In this document: positions 1-10,700 of the stretch, piece after piece
How the letters are laid out: each line of letters opens with the position of its first letter
Position numbering within the stretch: position 1 is the first letter of the stretch
Virus record (IMG/VR): IMGVR_UViG_3300048008_000449
Location: 62,001-126,000 of that record
Length of the DNA stretch: 64,000 nt
Direction: 5' to 3' (one strand)
Program-made: the position numbers and the translations under genes
The notes under the pieces: model-generated
The model's input: the letters and a program-made list of their open reading frames with translations, nothing else
Databases searched by the model: none
Told to the model about the DNA's origin: nothing

Positions 1-154
1 CTGGGTTAATATGTCCACGTTCATAATGGTCTTTTTGAATTTGTGCCATTAATTTTTGTTCTTCGGGTGTACCGAATTCGTTTGCTAATGCAATACCGTT
101 TTCTGTGTGGTAATTGTTATCTTCATTATCTAAGTATTGCTCTTTGCTAAACAT
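1..154 (-). CDS. Hypothetical protein, runs off the window edge (MFSKEQYLDNEDNNYHTENG...)
   Basis: ATG at 154, 1 nt downstream of the stop of 156..1283; frame stays open to position 1. Confidence 0.7.
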   Translation of the reverse strand, partial: MFSKEQYLDNEDNNYHTENGIALANEFGTPEEQKLMAQIQKDHYERGHINP

Positions 155-155
155 A

Positions 156-1283
156 TTATTTCACCTTCTTCTTTGCTTTGCTCAATGCATTTTTGAAAAG
201 ATCTTTTGCTACAACTTGTAACTCATCTGTTCTCTTTTCATCAAATTCCATACCTTCGGTAATATCTGAATCTGCATGAGATTTATATTTGTATCTTGGA
301 TCGCCTGCTTTATATCTTTGCCAAGCTGGAGTATTTAACTCTTTATCAGCCGGAGTAACTACTAACGCATCATGTTCTTCTTTTCTTTTGCTTGATGCTT
401 TAGCAACACTTGAATCTTCTTCAACTCCATTTACGTTATCCCAAAAATCAGCTGCCGCTTCGCCGCCGCCTAATTGGTCTGCGTATTCTCTAACAAAATC
501 TTCTTTATCCATATCTTCTGCATTATCGTGTAACATATTCTTCATTTGTCCTTCATTAACATCTTTGTCTAATGCTCTGAAGTCATCATATGTTAAAAAC
601 ATATCACGGTCTGAATCGTAATAGCTACCTTCTTTTGGATCATAATAAACTACTTTTCCTGATTTTGTAGGAAATGGTCCTTCTAATCCATCACGCTCTT
701 GATATTTGTCTGTATCCATTGGAGGTAAGATTGAATACCCTTCTTCCATATGTGGAGGAACTTCTGCATGTGAATGCATATGTGGTTGTATTCCTTCTGG
801 TTCAACTTCAGCTTTCATGGCATTGTATTCAGTGTAACGACTCACTGCATCAATATCTTTACTTGCTTGTGCTATTTTACTTTGTACCCATGGTTCTAAA
901 TCGTCTCTATCGTCAATTATTCCATGTAACTTAATAGCATCACGTGCTAAGAAATATAGTTGTGAACGAGCCATAAACCCGTCATCGTCATCTGCGTCAA
1001 GCACGCCTTCTGCTACCATACCTACTGGTGTTTTTGGTGTAATTTTTTTCTTCTTACTTAATGATTCTTCTACATCTAAATGTGCAACTGCACCGTAGAT
1101 TCCTTCTTCTAATGATTCGTATACATTACTTAGATTGGCTCTAATATCATCAAGCCAAGCTATGTCTCCACCTATTTCTGCAATAGCTTGTTCTAGTCTG
1201 CTGTCTTTTTTAAAAACTTTTTCTAGTTTATTAATCTGATCCATCGCAAGACTGAAAGTATTTTCAATTTTTTGATTATTCAT
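156..1283 (-). CDS. Acidic modular phage protein, putative processed internal head protein
   Basis: 375-aa ORF; short modules separated by LEEG/VEES/VAEG/MEEG/VNEG/VEED/ITEG sites. Confidence 0.6.
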   Translation of the reverse strand: MNNQKIENTFSLAMDQINKLEKVFKKDSRLEQAIAEIGGDIAWLDDIRANLSNVYESLEEGIYGAVAHLDVEESLSKKKKITPKTPVGMVAEGVLDADDDDGFMARSQLYFLARDAIKLHGIIDDRDDLEPWVQSKIAQASKDIDAVSRYTEYNAMKAEVEPEGIQPHMHSHAEVPPHMEEGYSILPPMDTDKYQERDGLEGPFPTKSGKVVYYDPKEGSYYDSDRDMFLTYDDFRALDKDVNEGQMKNMLHDNAEDMDKEDFVREYADQLGGGEAAADFWDNVNGVEEDSSVAKASSKRKEEHDALVVTPADKELNTPAWQRYKAGDPRYKYKSHADSDITEGMEFDEKRTDELQVVAKDLFKNALSKAKKKVK

Positions 1284-1288
1284 AGTCG

Positions 1289-1591
1289 TTACCTTTTTTC
1301 AATGCCACGACTGTTCTTACCGCCGCGTTTTCTGATTGTTTCTAATTCTTTATATGTATTAGTGATTGCTGTAATAAATCCTTGTACTAAACCTTTATTA
1401 AGATTATATTCTACATTATCCCAATTTCCCATTTTAGCCATCTCTGCCATTTCAGTGAACATACGTTCTACTTTTTGCTCTAAAGACTTTAAATTCATTC
1501 TACCATATCCTTGTACCAATACTTCTGGGTTATTTGGATCTTCTGGATTTTTAGAATAAATCTCTTCTTTTGCTAGCTGAGATTCTCTCAT
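1289..1591 (-). CDS. Hypothetical phage protein
   Basis: 100-aa ORF with ATGA overlap with the upstream gene. Confidence 0.7.
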   Translation of the reverse strand: MRESQLAKEEIYSKNPEDPNNPEVLVQGYGRMNLKSLEQKVERMFTEMAEMAKMGNWDNVEYNLNKGLVQGFITAITNTYKELETIRKRGGKNSRGIEKR

Positions 1592-1794
1592 CTTTTTATT
1601 ACCTTCACTGTTTCAGTGTAACCGACACTTTGCTTTTTATGTTTACCGTCACCTAAGTATCCTTTTGGATCAACTGCTTTTCTAGCATCTTTTTTCTTAG
1701 TTCCGGGTGTCATAGGAAACGATATGCTGGCAAAATTACCAGACATTGTATCGCCGCCATCGGCATCTTCGGTTATTATATCATATATTTTCAT
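1588..1794 (-). CDS. Small protein with putative capsid-targeting N-terminus (MKIYDIITE)
   Basis: 68-aa ORF; start lies 5 nt downstream of TAAATA. Confidence 0.65.
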   Translation of the reverse strand: MKIYDIITEDADGGDTMSGNFASISFPMTPGTKKKDARKAVDPKGYLGDGKHKKQSVGYTETVKVIKR

Positions 1795-1799
1795 ACAAG

Positions 1800-1805
1800 T
1801 ATTTA
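1800..1805 (-). promoter_or_regulatory. Late promoter TAAATA, leaderless arrangement
   Basis: Minus strand GATAAATA-CTTGT-ATG; resembles the T4 late promoter TATAAATA. Confidence 0.7.
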
Positions 1806-1825
1806 TCTAATTAATATCAAAAGTC

Positions 1826-2584
1826 TTAGTAATTGAGTGTCGCACTCATTAACTTAACAACATTCTCCCATGTTTTAGGAATATTCATCACTAAATGCAT
1901 GCTGTTGTCCTTCCAACTATGTGTTCTGTGTGTTTTACGTGTGTCTATGTAGTATACACCACCAGCTTTAATAGGCCATATATGCCCATCTGTATGCCAT
2001 TCATATGCATCGTGTGTTACATTATTTGATATAAATGCACATACTCTAAATGTATCTCTTGTTAACATAGGCTGATCTTTATGTGGTGGAAACCAACCTC
2101 CTGCTCCACTATTAACAATCATTGTACGTCCTAGGGGTTTCCAGTAATCTAGTAATGGATGCAAACTAGATAAGTCTTTATACAATTGTGTTGGAACATT
2201 AAAGTCTAATTCACTTAGTTTACGTCCTGTACGTCTACGTGCTTCTGGCATACTTAAACTATCCCAAGGTTCATCACCTTCAAGTCCTACTACACATAGT
2301 CCTTCTCTGTTGTTTACTACACCTTCACGTCTAAGATAAGGTACCCATTTATCGTCGTATTCTTTAATTTGTTTTTTAAACCAACCTAAATCAATTTCCC
2401 ACTTTAACGGTTCAACTGTACTTAACGCTTGTAGTTGAAGTTCACATTTAATATCTTCTGCTGTTGGTTCCCATCTACTTGGATCTTCTAACCACTTATC
2501 ATAGTAGCCGCCTTGCGTTGCTTGATTTGCTTTAGGAACTGTATTAAGTTCTTTGCCGTTTTTGTCTACTTTTGAATAATCCAT
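1826..2584 (-). CDS. 2OG-Fe(II) oxygenase, Asp/Asn beta-hydroxylase-like
   Basis: FPPHKD (HxD) and distal DTRKTH His in a cupin-like pattern. Confidence 0.7.
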   Translation of the reverse strand: MDYSKVDKNGKELNTVPKANQATQGGYYDKWLEDPSRWEPTAEDIKCELQLQALSTVEPLKWEIDLGWFKKQIKEYDDKWVPYLRREGVVNNREGLCVVGLEGDEPWDSLSMPEARRRTGRKLSELDFNVPTQLYKDLSSLHPLLDYWKPLGRTMIVNSGAGGWFPPHKDQPMLTRDTFRVCAFISNNVTHDAYEWHTDGHIWPIKAGGVYYIDTRKTHRTHSWKDNSMHLVMNIPKTWENVVKLMSATLNY

Positions 2585-2585
2585 T

Positions 2586-2819
2586 TTAATCCTCTATATT
2601 TCTAATTATGTTCTTACTTATATTACGGTCCGCTTTTTTACTACTTCGTACTGCTTTATTCTTTTTTGCAATTACTTCACGTCTTTTATGCGGCTCTAGT
2701 TTACTTAAATGATTTACATCTGGAGCATTTGCCCATACTAGTGCGTCTTTCTTAGATACACTATTCATTGGACCGTGTGTATCTTTGATATCATCTTTGT
2801 TAAATTTTTTATTAGACAT
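2586..2819 (-). CDS. Hypothetical basic protein
   Basis: 77-aa ORF tightly packed in the operon. Confidence 0.6.
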   Translation of the reverse strand: MSNKKFNKDDIKDTHGPMNSVSKKDALVWANAPDVNHLSKLEPHKRREVIAKKNKAVRSSKKADRNISKNIIRNIED

Positions 2820-2827
2820 AATATTCT

Positions 2828-3208
2828 TTAGCTAAAGAAACTTACTCTTAAGTTTGCTTTGTTAGCTACCTTTAAACTTGCTTTGTTATTAGGGTTAATA
2901 ACACAATGTAATTGCTGATCACCAAAACGTTCTTTGCATTGAATCACAGCATTTGTAGCAATACCTAAATTTCTGTACTTCTTGCTAACAAAATATGCTG
3001 TTTCCATATCTTTTTTTATTTCTATGGCGCCAGCAAGTATTCCATTGTTAATCCATATACCCCATGTATTATAATGTGAAATGAAAGAAAATGCAACCTC
3101 TTTTGTAAAGGGCCATTCCAAATAACACTTTATTGCAGTATCTTCGTCAATAATACTTCTTAAATGAAATATATCTTTATTACTTAGTCTACGAAGACTT
3201 ACTTTCAT
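2828..3208 (-). CDS. GNAT acetyltransferase (RimJ/RimL-like)
   Basis: Acetyl-CoA loop KYRNLGIAT and motif INPNNKASLKV. Confidence 0.8.
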   Translation of the reverse strand: MKVSLRRLSNKDIFHLRSIIDEDTAIKCYLEWPFTKEVAFSFISHYNTWGIWINNGILAGAIEIKKDMETAYFVSKKYRNLGIATNAVIQCKERFGDQQLHCVINPNNKASLKVANKANLRVSFFS

Positions 3209-3209
3209 T

Positions 3210-3401
3210 TTACTTATCCATTAGTTTAACTATCCTAGGTTTGAATAGTTTTTGATCGCCTTTGGTTGTTTTAAGAACAGGCTGATTGTTATCATCTGTT
3301 GAAAATCCTGTTACTGTTGCTCTACGATTTTTAAATTTACCAACCATTATTTCATCGCCGATCTCAATGTTTGGAAGTTGTAATACATCTTTTATTTTCA
3401 T
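3210..3401 (-). CDS. Small hypothetical protein (MKIKDVL...)
   Basis: Start re-called at 3401, giving an ATGA overlap with the stop of 3398..4027. Confidence 0.6.
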   Translation of the reverse strand: MKIKDVLQLPNIEIGDEIMVGKFKNRRATVTGFSTDDNNQPVLKTTKGDQKLFKPRIVKLMDK

Positions 3402-4027
3402 AACATTTCCTTTATATTGCCATCGTGTCCTTCTGTTGGAAGCCACTTTGACGATGGCATTAATGGATCATTTTCATCCCATCTAGAACTTAGTCTTAAA
3501 ACAAGATTAATTCCATTATCATCAGCTAACTTTTTAGCATCATCAATTTGATGTTCATTAAAGCTAAAAGGTATCCATTGCCAATAAATATCTTTTCCTT
3601 GTTTTACTCCTAAACACATAGCATCGAATGATTGTTGCCAGTTTATACCAACTCTATAATTATGAGCAGTATCAGCTAGTCCATCAACACCGAACCATAT
3701 CTTATTGTATTTAGTTTCGTAGCAATCATATAATTCTTGCCACCAACTTTGTTTCTTGCCTGATCCATTTGTATGTAGATCCCAACTATAGTTTTCTTCT
3801 TCTAGCCATGTTATAAATTCTATTAATCTAGGGTGATATATTGGATCACCTAAGTTACCACACATATTAACTATACGTGGCTTAGTTTTAATTACTAATT
3901 CCTTTGCATGATCTATATTAAGATCATCAATTGTATATCTGCCTTTGTATATTGTTCTGGGACATTTTGGGCATTCAAGTAAACAACGCTTAGTCATTTC
4001 TAAATGTAATAGCATGCCACTATTCAT
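3398..4027 (-). CDS. Radical SAM protein (core domain only)
   Basis: CLLECPKC (CxxxCxxC), GNLGDP, HTNGS, FGVDG. Confidence 0.9.
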   Translation of the reverse strand: MNSGMLLHLEMTKRCLLECPKCPRTIYKGRYTIDDLNIDHAKELVIKTKPRIVNMCGNLGDPIYHPRLIEFITWLEEENYSWDLHTNGSGKKQSWWQELYDCYETKYNKIWFGVDGLADTAHNYRVGINWQQSFDAMCLGVKQGKDIYWQWIPFSFNEHQIDDAKKLADDNGINLVLRLSSRWDENDPLMPSSKWLPTEGHDGNIKEML

Positions 4028-4328
4028 TTACATATACCCAGTTTTCTGTTGGTTTGTTTGTGGAAGTGAAAGGCTTACTACATTGTTTCCAACATGCATT
4101 CTGTGCCCATGTTTTAGGATCTTTTTTTAAGTTTTCTACGTATTTCTTTAATTCGTTATTAAGAATGTTTTCAATTGAATTATTATTTAGGTTCCAGTTT
4201 GGATTTTTGTTTATTGGACCTGCTTCGCCTAGCCAACAACATGGCCTTACTTGACTGCCTGATGTAACATACAGTCGTTGTGCATTTTCGCATTTTGGAT
4301 ACAGTTTGTCCATGTTTTCATTATTCAA
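4020..4328 (-). CDS. Stand-alone SPASM/twitch-like Fe-S domain protein
   Basis: C-x13-VRPCC...CWKQC; overlaps the radical SAM gene. Confidence 0.7.
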   Translation of the reverse strand: MNNENMDKLYPKCENAQRLYVTSGSQVRPCCWLGEAGPINKNPNWNLNNNSIENILNNELKKYVENLKKDPKTWAQNACWKQCSKPFTSTNKPTENWVYVNE

Positions 4329-4489
4329 AAACGGCTCATATCAAAACCAGCATCAGTATCTAATGATTCTCTGGAAGTTCCAAAATATCTAGCCCAATAC
4401 TTTAAACGTTCATTTGTACTTAAACGTTTAGCTTCGTGTTCTTTAATCTTTTCTATATAATGAGCAAACTGCTCAGGAGTCATTAACAT
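4325..4489 (-). CDS. Small hypothetical protein, 54 aa (MLMTPEQFAHYIEK...), not in the ORF track
   Basis: TAATG overlap with the upstream stop; fills the gap exactly. Confidence 0.6.
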   Translation of the reverse strand: MLMTPEQFAHYIEKIKEHEAKRLSTNERLKYWARYFGTSRESLDTDAGFDMSRF

Positions 4490-5013
4490 TACTTAATCCT
4501 CTGTAGTAGTTCCTTAAATCCATTCACTGTGTGAATATATTCTTCAATGTCTTTTTGTTTATCTTCATCTGAATCTAGATATAGCATTATTACTTTTTTT
4601 GCTTCTAGTGGTGATACGTTTATTACTATATCATTATAAAACTTAACTGGAAAGGAAGCATTATCCTTTCTTGCTGATATATTGTATAATACTTTCATAA
4701 CTGATGATTGTTTAATTGCTGCTTCCATTAATTTGGATTGTGATTCAGTTAAACCTAAATTATACAGATTATGTGGTGTGCTATTCTTACGTGCTTTTTT
4801 GTGAAGTTCTGCTGGTTTACCTTTGCCAAAAAACTTAGCTGCTTCTATCTCAGTTTGACCCGGTTTAACATCTACAGTAGTATTAACACCTGGAACTATT
4901 ACACCGTCTTCCTTAACGCAATTGTTTACACGCTTGCCTTTGTTTTTTCCTGTGCCGGGCTTAGTTCCTTTTTTCTTATAACCATCCCAACAATCAATTT
5001 CATTTATTTTCAT
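4489..5013 (-). CDS. Modular protein with capsid-targeting-like N-terminus and a CWDGY...NCV mini-domain
   Basis: MKINEI start; SD AAGGA; TAAATA at 5032-5037. Confidence 0.65.
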   Translation of the reverse strand: MKINEIDCWDGYKKKGTKPGTGKNKGKRVNNCVKEDGVIVPGVNTTVDVKPGQTEIEAAKFFGKGKPAELHKKARKNSTPHNLYNLGLTESQSKLMEAAIKQSSVMKVLYNISARKDNASFPVKFYNDIVINVSPLEAKKVIMLYLDSDEDKQKDIEEYIHTVNGFKELLQRIK

Positions 5014-5026
5014 AATAATGTTCCTT

Positions 5027-6238
5027 TTAACTATTTATCGATTTAAACAGTTCAGTAAACGTTTTTTGCCAATTGGTTTTTCTTAAAACGTCTAATCTTT
5101 CTAAAAAATCTGCACATTCATATATATTACCTTCATATTCCATGGTCATTTTAAGGTAATTTATTAAGTGTTGTATTTTACTTCTATGCTCTGAATTTTC
5201 ATATATATTTATTAAATCTAGCTTTGATTGCTTAGATAATTGCTTGCAGTCAAGCATATGTGGTGTTGATAATATTCTTATATTAATATGGTACTTTTTA
5301 AAATGATCTAACAATTTTAAAAATGTAAATGCATTAAGTACTTGCCATGTAATGCTTATTTCTATTTGTGTATTAGGTAATAGTGTTTCAATACGTTTTA
5401 TGTTTTCATCTAATTTATACCATTTACTAGGAAACCGTATATAATCATTTTGTTCACCAAAATCATCTATACTTACTCTAAGCATTAATTTTTTAAAATG
5501 TTTCCATTGTTCAATTGCACGTTGATGTACATTTGTAATGTTTGTATCGTATTCTAGTGTAACATGTTTACTTACACCCTTGTCTATTAGCTTTTGTAAG
5601 AACACATAATGATTCTCAATAAGCATAGGTTCGCCGCCAACTAGATATACATGTTGTAATTGATCTATATTATTTTCTAATTGTTCCCAAAAATGTTCGC
5701 TTTTCCACCAATCATAATTAGTATCATTCTTATCATTGATTTCTACTTTTGTATTACTATCATAAAAATGATCAGTATTATATACACTTGCCCAATCTTT
5801 GTACCACATGCTACTACTTTGTGGCCCACACATTACACATTTTAAATTACATAGATTACCAAAACGCAAATCCCAATATATAGGCATTTGTGTTGTACTA
5901 CCATCTGCATCTGTTAGTTTAACTGCTTTATCATAATCAATTATATCCTTGTACATACTGTTTGTAAATGTACGTCTACTTTTACCTCCGTTAGCTTCTT
6001 TTGTCCAACAAGTAGAACATTCAGCAGGCTTTTCACCTGCTAAGAATTGTTTACGAATATTACGAGTAAATTCGCTATTGTGTATTTCTTCTATTGAGTG
6101 AGTTTTAAAATTATGTCCAGTTTGTCCGCCGTTGCCAGAATCATGGTTACTCATTAAACAACATACTCTGCTTGCTCCGTTTGTTTTACTGGCTGAGTGT
6201 ATCCAAGGAATGGAACAAAAACTATTCTTCTGCATCAC
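5027..6238 (-). CDS. Radical SAM protein with N-terminal SPASM/twitch domain
   Basis: CSIPW...VCC...CSTC, then CNLKCVMC, GGEP, SIDD. Confidence 0.9.
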   Translation of the reverse strand: MMQKNSFCSIPWIHSASKTNGASRVCCLMSNHDSGNGGQTGHNFKTHSIEEIHNSEFTRNIRKQFLAGEKPAECSTCWTKEANGGKSRRTFTNSMYKDIIDYDKAVKLTDADGSTTQMPIYWDLRFGNLCNLKCVMCGPQSSSMWYKDWASVYNTDHFYDSNTKVEINDKNDTNYDWWKSEHFWEQLENNIDQLQHVYLVGGEPMLIENHYVFLQKLIDKGVSKHVTLEYDTNITNVHQRAIEQWKHFKKLMLRVSIDDFGEQNDYIRFPSKWYKLDENIKRIETLLPNTQIEISITWQVLNAFTFLKLLDHFKKYHINIRILSTPHMLDCKQLSKQSKLDLINIYENSEHRSKIQHLINYLKMTMEYEGNIYECADFLERLDVLRKTNWQKTFTELFKSINS

Positions 6239-7400
6239 CGTAGATCCAATCAGCTAGTTCCGGATCAAAACTTTCCATTGTTACTTTACCGTAGCTATCG
6301 TAATATTCAACAAATTGTTTTACTGTTGCTTTACGTTTTGGATCATTGTTAAAAGGTCTTCGCATTTCATTTATAACATGATCAACGCCTTCTAGTTTTA
6401 TTTTGTTGTCTTCGAAGAATTTTAATGATTCAGCTTTGAATCTATCTGGAATGTTTTCCATAAGAACTTCAGTCTTATTAATAACTGGTCTTATTTGTAC
6501 TTTAGCATCTGGGTAATGTTCCCATAAGTACTTTATTAGTTTTGGAATATGTCTTACACTTAAACTGTTAGCTGTAATATCCCATATACGCAATTTAAAT
6601 TCTTTGTAATATTGGTCCATGACTGCAATCTTTTCTTCCCAAACATCTTCTTGTCTTGTCCAGTCATTTGCTTTACCCCAACCATCAATACTAAATCTTA
6701 AATTTACATTTTCAACAGTTTTAAATTTTTCTAAATCTTTTTGTCTTAGTAGCCTAGTACCATTTGTGTTAATAACAAAACGTGCATCAGGAGCAAGTGA
6801 TCCTAAACGTTGTACTGTTGTTGGAAAATTTTTAAGATAAAAAGGTTCACCACCAGCTAAGTATACATGTTTTAAATCTTTATCAACACTACTAATAATA
6901 TTATCCCATGCTTGTGGATCGTCACTCCAATCATAATTGCTTTTGTGATATTTTTTTGCTTCTTTTTCTAAACGTCCTTCTTTCCAATTAAAATGTTTAG
7001 CCATTGTTTTATGGTTTTGTAATATCTTGTTACTGTTACCAGCAAAACACATAACACATGCTAAGTTACATACGTTACCTAATCTCAAATCAAGTGCATG
7101 TATTTTTTCATCTTGGAAAGGTACACCTTTATTAATCATACCTAGTGCTTTTTGTCTAAAACTACGTACACCTTCACGTTCTGGATCATAACATTTAAAA
7201 CAACCCATAGGTTCACCACCGTCTGCAATTTCTGCTCTAACGCTATGCATCTCTGGACTATTCCAAATCTCACTTAGTTTATAATCTTTAATGTGATATT
7301 GATCTAGTTTGTTTTTTAAGTTTTTACAACATAATGCTACATAACCGTCATTATCAACGAACGTAAAATTATTTGTATATATACAATATTTGTCTGTCAT
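6222..7400 (-). CDS. Radical SAM protein with N-terminal SPASM/twitch domain
   Basis: C...LCC...CFKC, then CNLACVMC, GGEP, TNG, SIDG. Confidence 0.9.
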   Translation of the reverse strand: MTDKYCIYTNNFTFVDNDGYVALCCKNLKNKLDQYHIKDYKLSEIWNSPEMHSVRAEIADGGEPMGCFKCYDPEREGVRSFRQKALGMINKGVPFQDEKIHALDLRLGNVCNLACVMCFAGNSNKILQNHKTMAKHFNWKEGRLEKEAKKYHKSNYDWSDDPQAWDNIISSVDKDLKHVYLAGGEPFYLKNFPTTVQRLGSLAPDARFVINTNGTRLLRQKDLEKFKTVENVNLRFSIDGWGKANDWTRQEDVWEEKIAVMDQYYKEFKLRIWDITANSLSVRHIPKLIKYLWEHYPDAKVQIRPVINKTEVLMENIPDRFKAESLKFFEDNKIKLEGVDHVINEMRRPFNNDPKRKATVKQFVEYYDSYGKVTMESFDPELADWIYGDAEE

Positions 7401-7421
7401 GAATTCTCTTTATTTGATACT

Positions 7422-7450
7422 ATTATACAAGATTTACTTGCATATGTCAA
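7422..7450 (-). promoter_or_regulatory. Sigma70-type promoter for the radical SAM pair
   Basis: TTGACA-N17-TATAAT on the minus strand. Confidence 0.75.
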
Positions 7451-7456
7451 ATGTAT

Positions 7457-7720
7457 TTAGTCTGTGATTACAGCGTCAAAATGATCTAAGTAAAATTGCT
7501 TTAGTACATGATGATCAATATCTTTGTGAGCATTTCCAATATTCATTGTATACCATCCTAGTGCATGTCTAAACACACCGCCATTTTCTTTTTCTTTACG
7601 CAATAATATTTTATGTAATTTTTCTGCTACACGTCTGTATTTGTCTCTGCTAACAACTGGTTTAATTCTACGAACCATATTAGTCCATGGACTAGCTTCT
7701 GTTACTTCGTTAATTAACAT
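7457..7720 (-). CDS. Hypothetical protein with capsid-targeting-like N-terminus (MLINEVTE)
   Basis: 87-aa ORF overlapping the upstream stop. Confidence 0.65.
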   Translation of the reverse strand: MLINEVTEASPWTNMVRRIKPVVSRDKYRRVAEKLHKILLRKEKENGGVFRHALGWYTMNIGNAHKDIDHHVLKQFYLDHFDAVITD

Positions 7721-10700
7721 CGTCTAATTCCTCCGGTACACCAATATCTTTAACTACATTATTATCTTTAACTGCCTGTTTAACATATTGTGCTGCTTCT
7801 TTAGTCCAGTTCTTATTCATTGCTGTAAGTAGAGATTCAAAACTATTTAAATCTTTTCCACTATCTAGTTTTAATACTTTTGCAATTTCATCAGCTTGTT
7901 TCCAAGGACCGTCAATTGTTTCGTTTTTATTTTTCTTAGTATATCCTGTACCTGCTTTATTTGGAACAGGTGTACGCTTAACACGTAACAATCCTTCAGT
8001 TGGACTCCACATATAACGTAATTCTTCCATAGCACGACCGTCTTCTAGTTTAGCATCACTTTGTTGTCTATCAAGTACTGCTGCCATTGAAGCTATCATT
8101 ATATTACGGAATACACCTTTGTATTTTGATTCTTCTTCACTTGGGCTATGGTAATAAGTTTTCATCCAACCTGGATCGCCTGGCATGAAATCTACTTGTA
8201 CAAATCCTGTACGTGGTCTTCCATCTGTGTGTTCTTTATTAAAGTTTTGTATTTCAACTTTTGTCATTATAACACTTGATTTTGCAATATCTTTAATTAG
8301 TGGATTCTTTTTAAGTTTCTCAACAAATGCTGGTAATTCTTCTGGGGGTAAGTTTAATGCAACATCTATGTCGCCACTAAATTGTCTTTTTCCTACACTA
8401 CCTAATGTAAAGTTATTTAAATCTATACCTAATGATTTTTCTAACATTTCTAACGTAGGCTTTATTTCATCAATGTGTATAGCACCAACACCTGGCATTG
8501 CTCCGCCTTCGTTAAGTGTAAAGTACTTGTTAATTAAGTTTGTGTTTTCAAATGTACCATATTTTTGTGTCCATTTGTATAAGTTTGTTTTATATTTGTC
8601 ACTTACTCCAAAATCCCAAGCACGTCTTGGTCTAGTTGGTGTTTGTCCTGGTCTAGTTCTAATATTTGGTTTTGGTGCAGGAACTGGTCCTGGAGCAGGA
8701 GCAGGAGCTGGTTCTGGTGCCGGGAATGGTTCAGGAATTGGTTCTGGCGAAGGAACTGGATCTGGTGAAGGAACTGGTTCTGGTACTACGCTAGGCACTT
8801 CACTTGGAAGTGGATCTGGATCAGTTGGCTGTTCTGGTTTAGCTGGAGCCTCAGGATCTATATCTGGATCAGTAGTTGGTTCTGGTGCAACTGGGCTATC
8901 AGGCTCAGGTGTTAAATCTGGTTGTGTTGGAGATACAGGATCTATTTCCGGTGCATTGCCTGGAGCAGGATCTGTCTGTGGTTCACTTGGAAGTGGATCT
9001 GGATCAGTTGGCTGTTCTGGTTTAGCTGGAGCCTCAGGATCTATTTCTGGATCTGTAGTTGGCTCAGGTGCTTCTGGACTATCAGGATCACTTGGAGCAT
9101 CTGGTTGCTCAGGAGCATCTGGTTTTACATCAGGAGCTTCACCCGGTGCTGGATCTGTCTGTGGTTCACTTGGAAGTGGATCTGGATCAGTTGGCTGTTC
9201 TGGTTTTGCTGGAGCATCTGGATCTACTTCTGGATCAGTAGTTGGTTCCGGTGCTTCTGGATTTTCTGGTTCTTTACCTGGCTGTGGTTGTTCAGGTGAA
9301 AACGGTGTTACTTTTGGTTTCTTCTCAGGTTCTACTGGCTCTTCTTCTGGCCCTTTAGGTAATGGTTCTTGATCAGGTGCTTCTGGCTTTGCAGGTGCAT
9401 CTGGATCTATATCTGGATCTGTTGTAGGATCAGGAACTTCTGGATTCTCTGGTTCTTTACCTGGCTGTGGTTGTTCTGGAGCATCAGGTTCTATATCTGG
9501 GCCTGGCTCTAATGGTTCACTTGGAAGTGGTTCCTGTTCAGGTGCTCCTGGTCTAGCAGGCGGAAAAGGAATAACTTTAGGTCTAGTAATAGGAATTTCT
9601 ACAGGAGGTTTCTCTGGATCTATTTCTGGAGTCTTTGGTTGTTTTGGTGTATCTGGAACAATTACAGGCTTTGGAGGTAACGGATCATTAGCTGGTAATG
9701 GGTCACCATCTGGCTGTGGTACTCTCTGTGGTAATGCATCATATACTGGTGGAGCATCATTTGCTGGTAATGGAAACATTCCTATATCTTCTGGTGCTTC
9801 AGGAGATAACAATTGTTCTGGTGATGTTGTCATTACTTCTGGTGCTATTTCGTTTGCCGCACGTTGTAATGCTGGATCAACCTTACCAATTAAATCATCT
9901 AATGCTTTTTGAGTTTTTGCTTTACGCATTTTTTCAGCTAAATCATCAGCTGCTTTTTTAAGACCAGGATCAATCACTCCTTCGAGTGATTTAACAATCT
10001 CATCGTTTCTGTATCCTTGAGCAGTTTGATAATCAAAATCGTCCTTGTATCCATCTGGATCAGTTTTATATTTCTTTGTTGTTTTATACCAATCTATAAT
10101 ATCTTGCATAGCTTGGGTTGGATCTGATTTAATATAATCTTGTTGTATCTTCCATTGCAATAATTGCTCATCTTTTAGAGTACCATCACCTAATGTACTA
10201 GGAGTGATTATATTTAAAACTACACCGCCAAATATTCTAGGAAGTGCTTTCAATCCTAACTTAGATAAATTTTTCCAATCTAATTTTGGAGGCTTAACAT
10301 TGTCGTTTGCTGCAATTAACTGTTTCATCATTGCTGGATTTTTTATAAAATAGTTACTAACACTTATTCTAATTCGAGGATTATTTTTAAATTTGTCTGG
10401 AAATAGTTGTGTAACTTTACCAACTGATTGATTGGCTGATGATTTTGATACTCCATATTTTTGTTGAAAGTCTGCAGGATTCATGTTATTAAATAAGTCA
10501 ACTGCTGGCATCCCTTCCATAAGAGCCTCAATTGATTCCATGATCATTTTACTTTGTTTATTATCGCTATAAAAATTAAATGAGTTTACTTGAAATTCTT
10601 TATTTGGAGTTTTAAAGTTATTCTTACGCATAACTGTTTTTGCAATAAGATCTAATTCATTGTTGTTATTATCCCAACGTAAAACAAAAGGAATATTAAC

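Noticed and set aside
8185-9372. 395-aa Gly/Ser-rich plus-strand ORF
   Set aside because: Antisense shadow of the Pro-rich repeat gene; the repeat codons lack stops on the opposite strand
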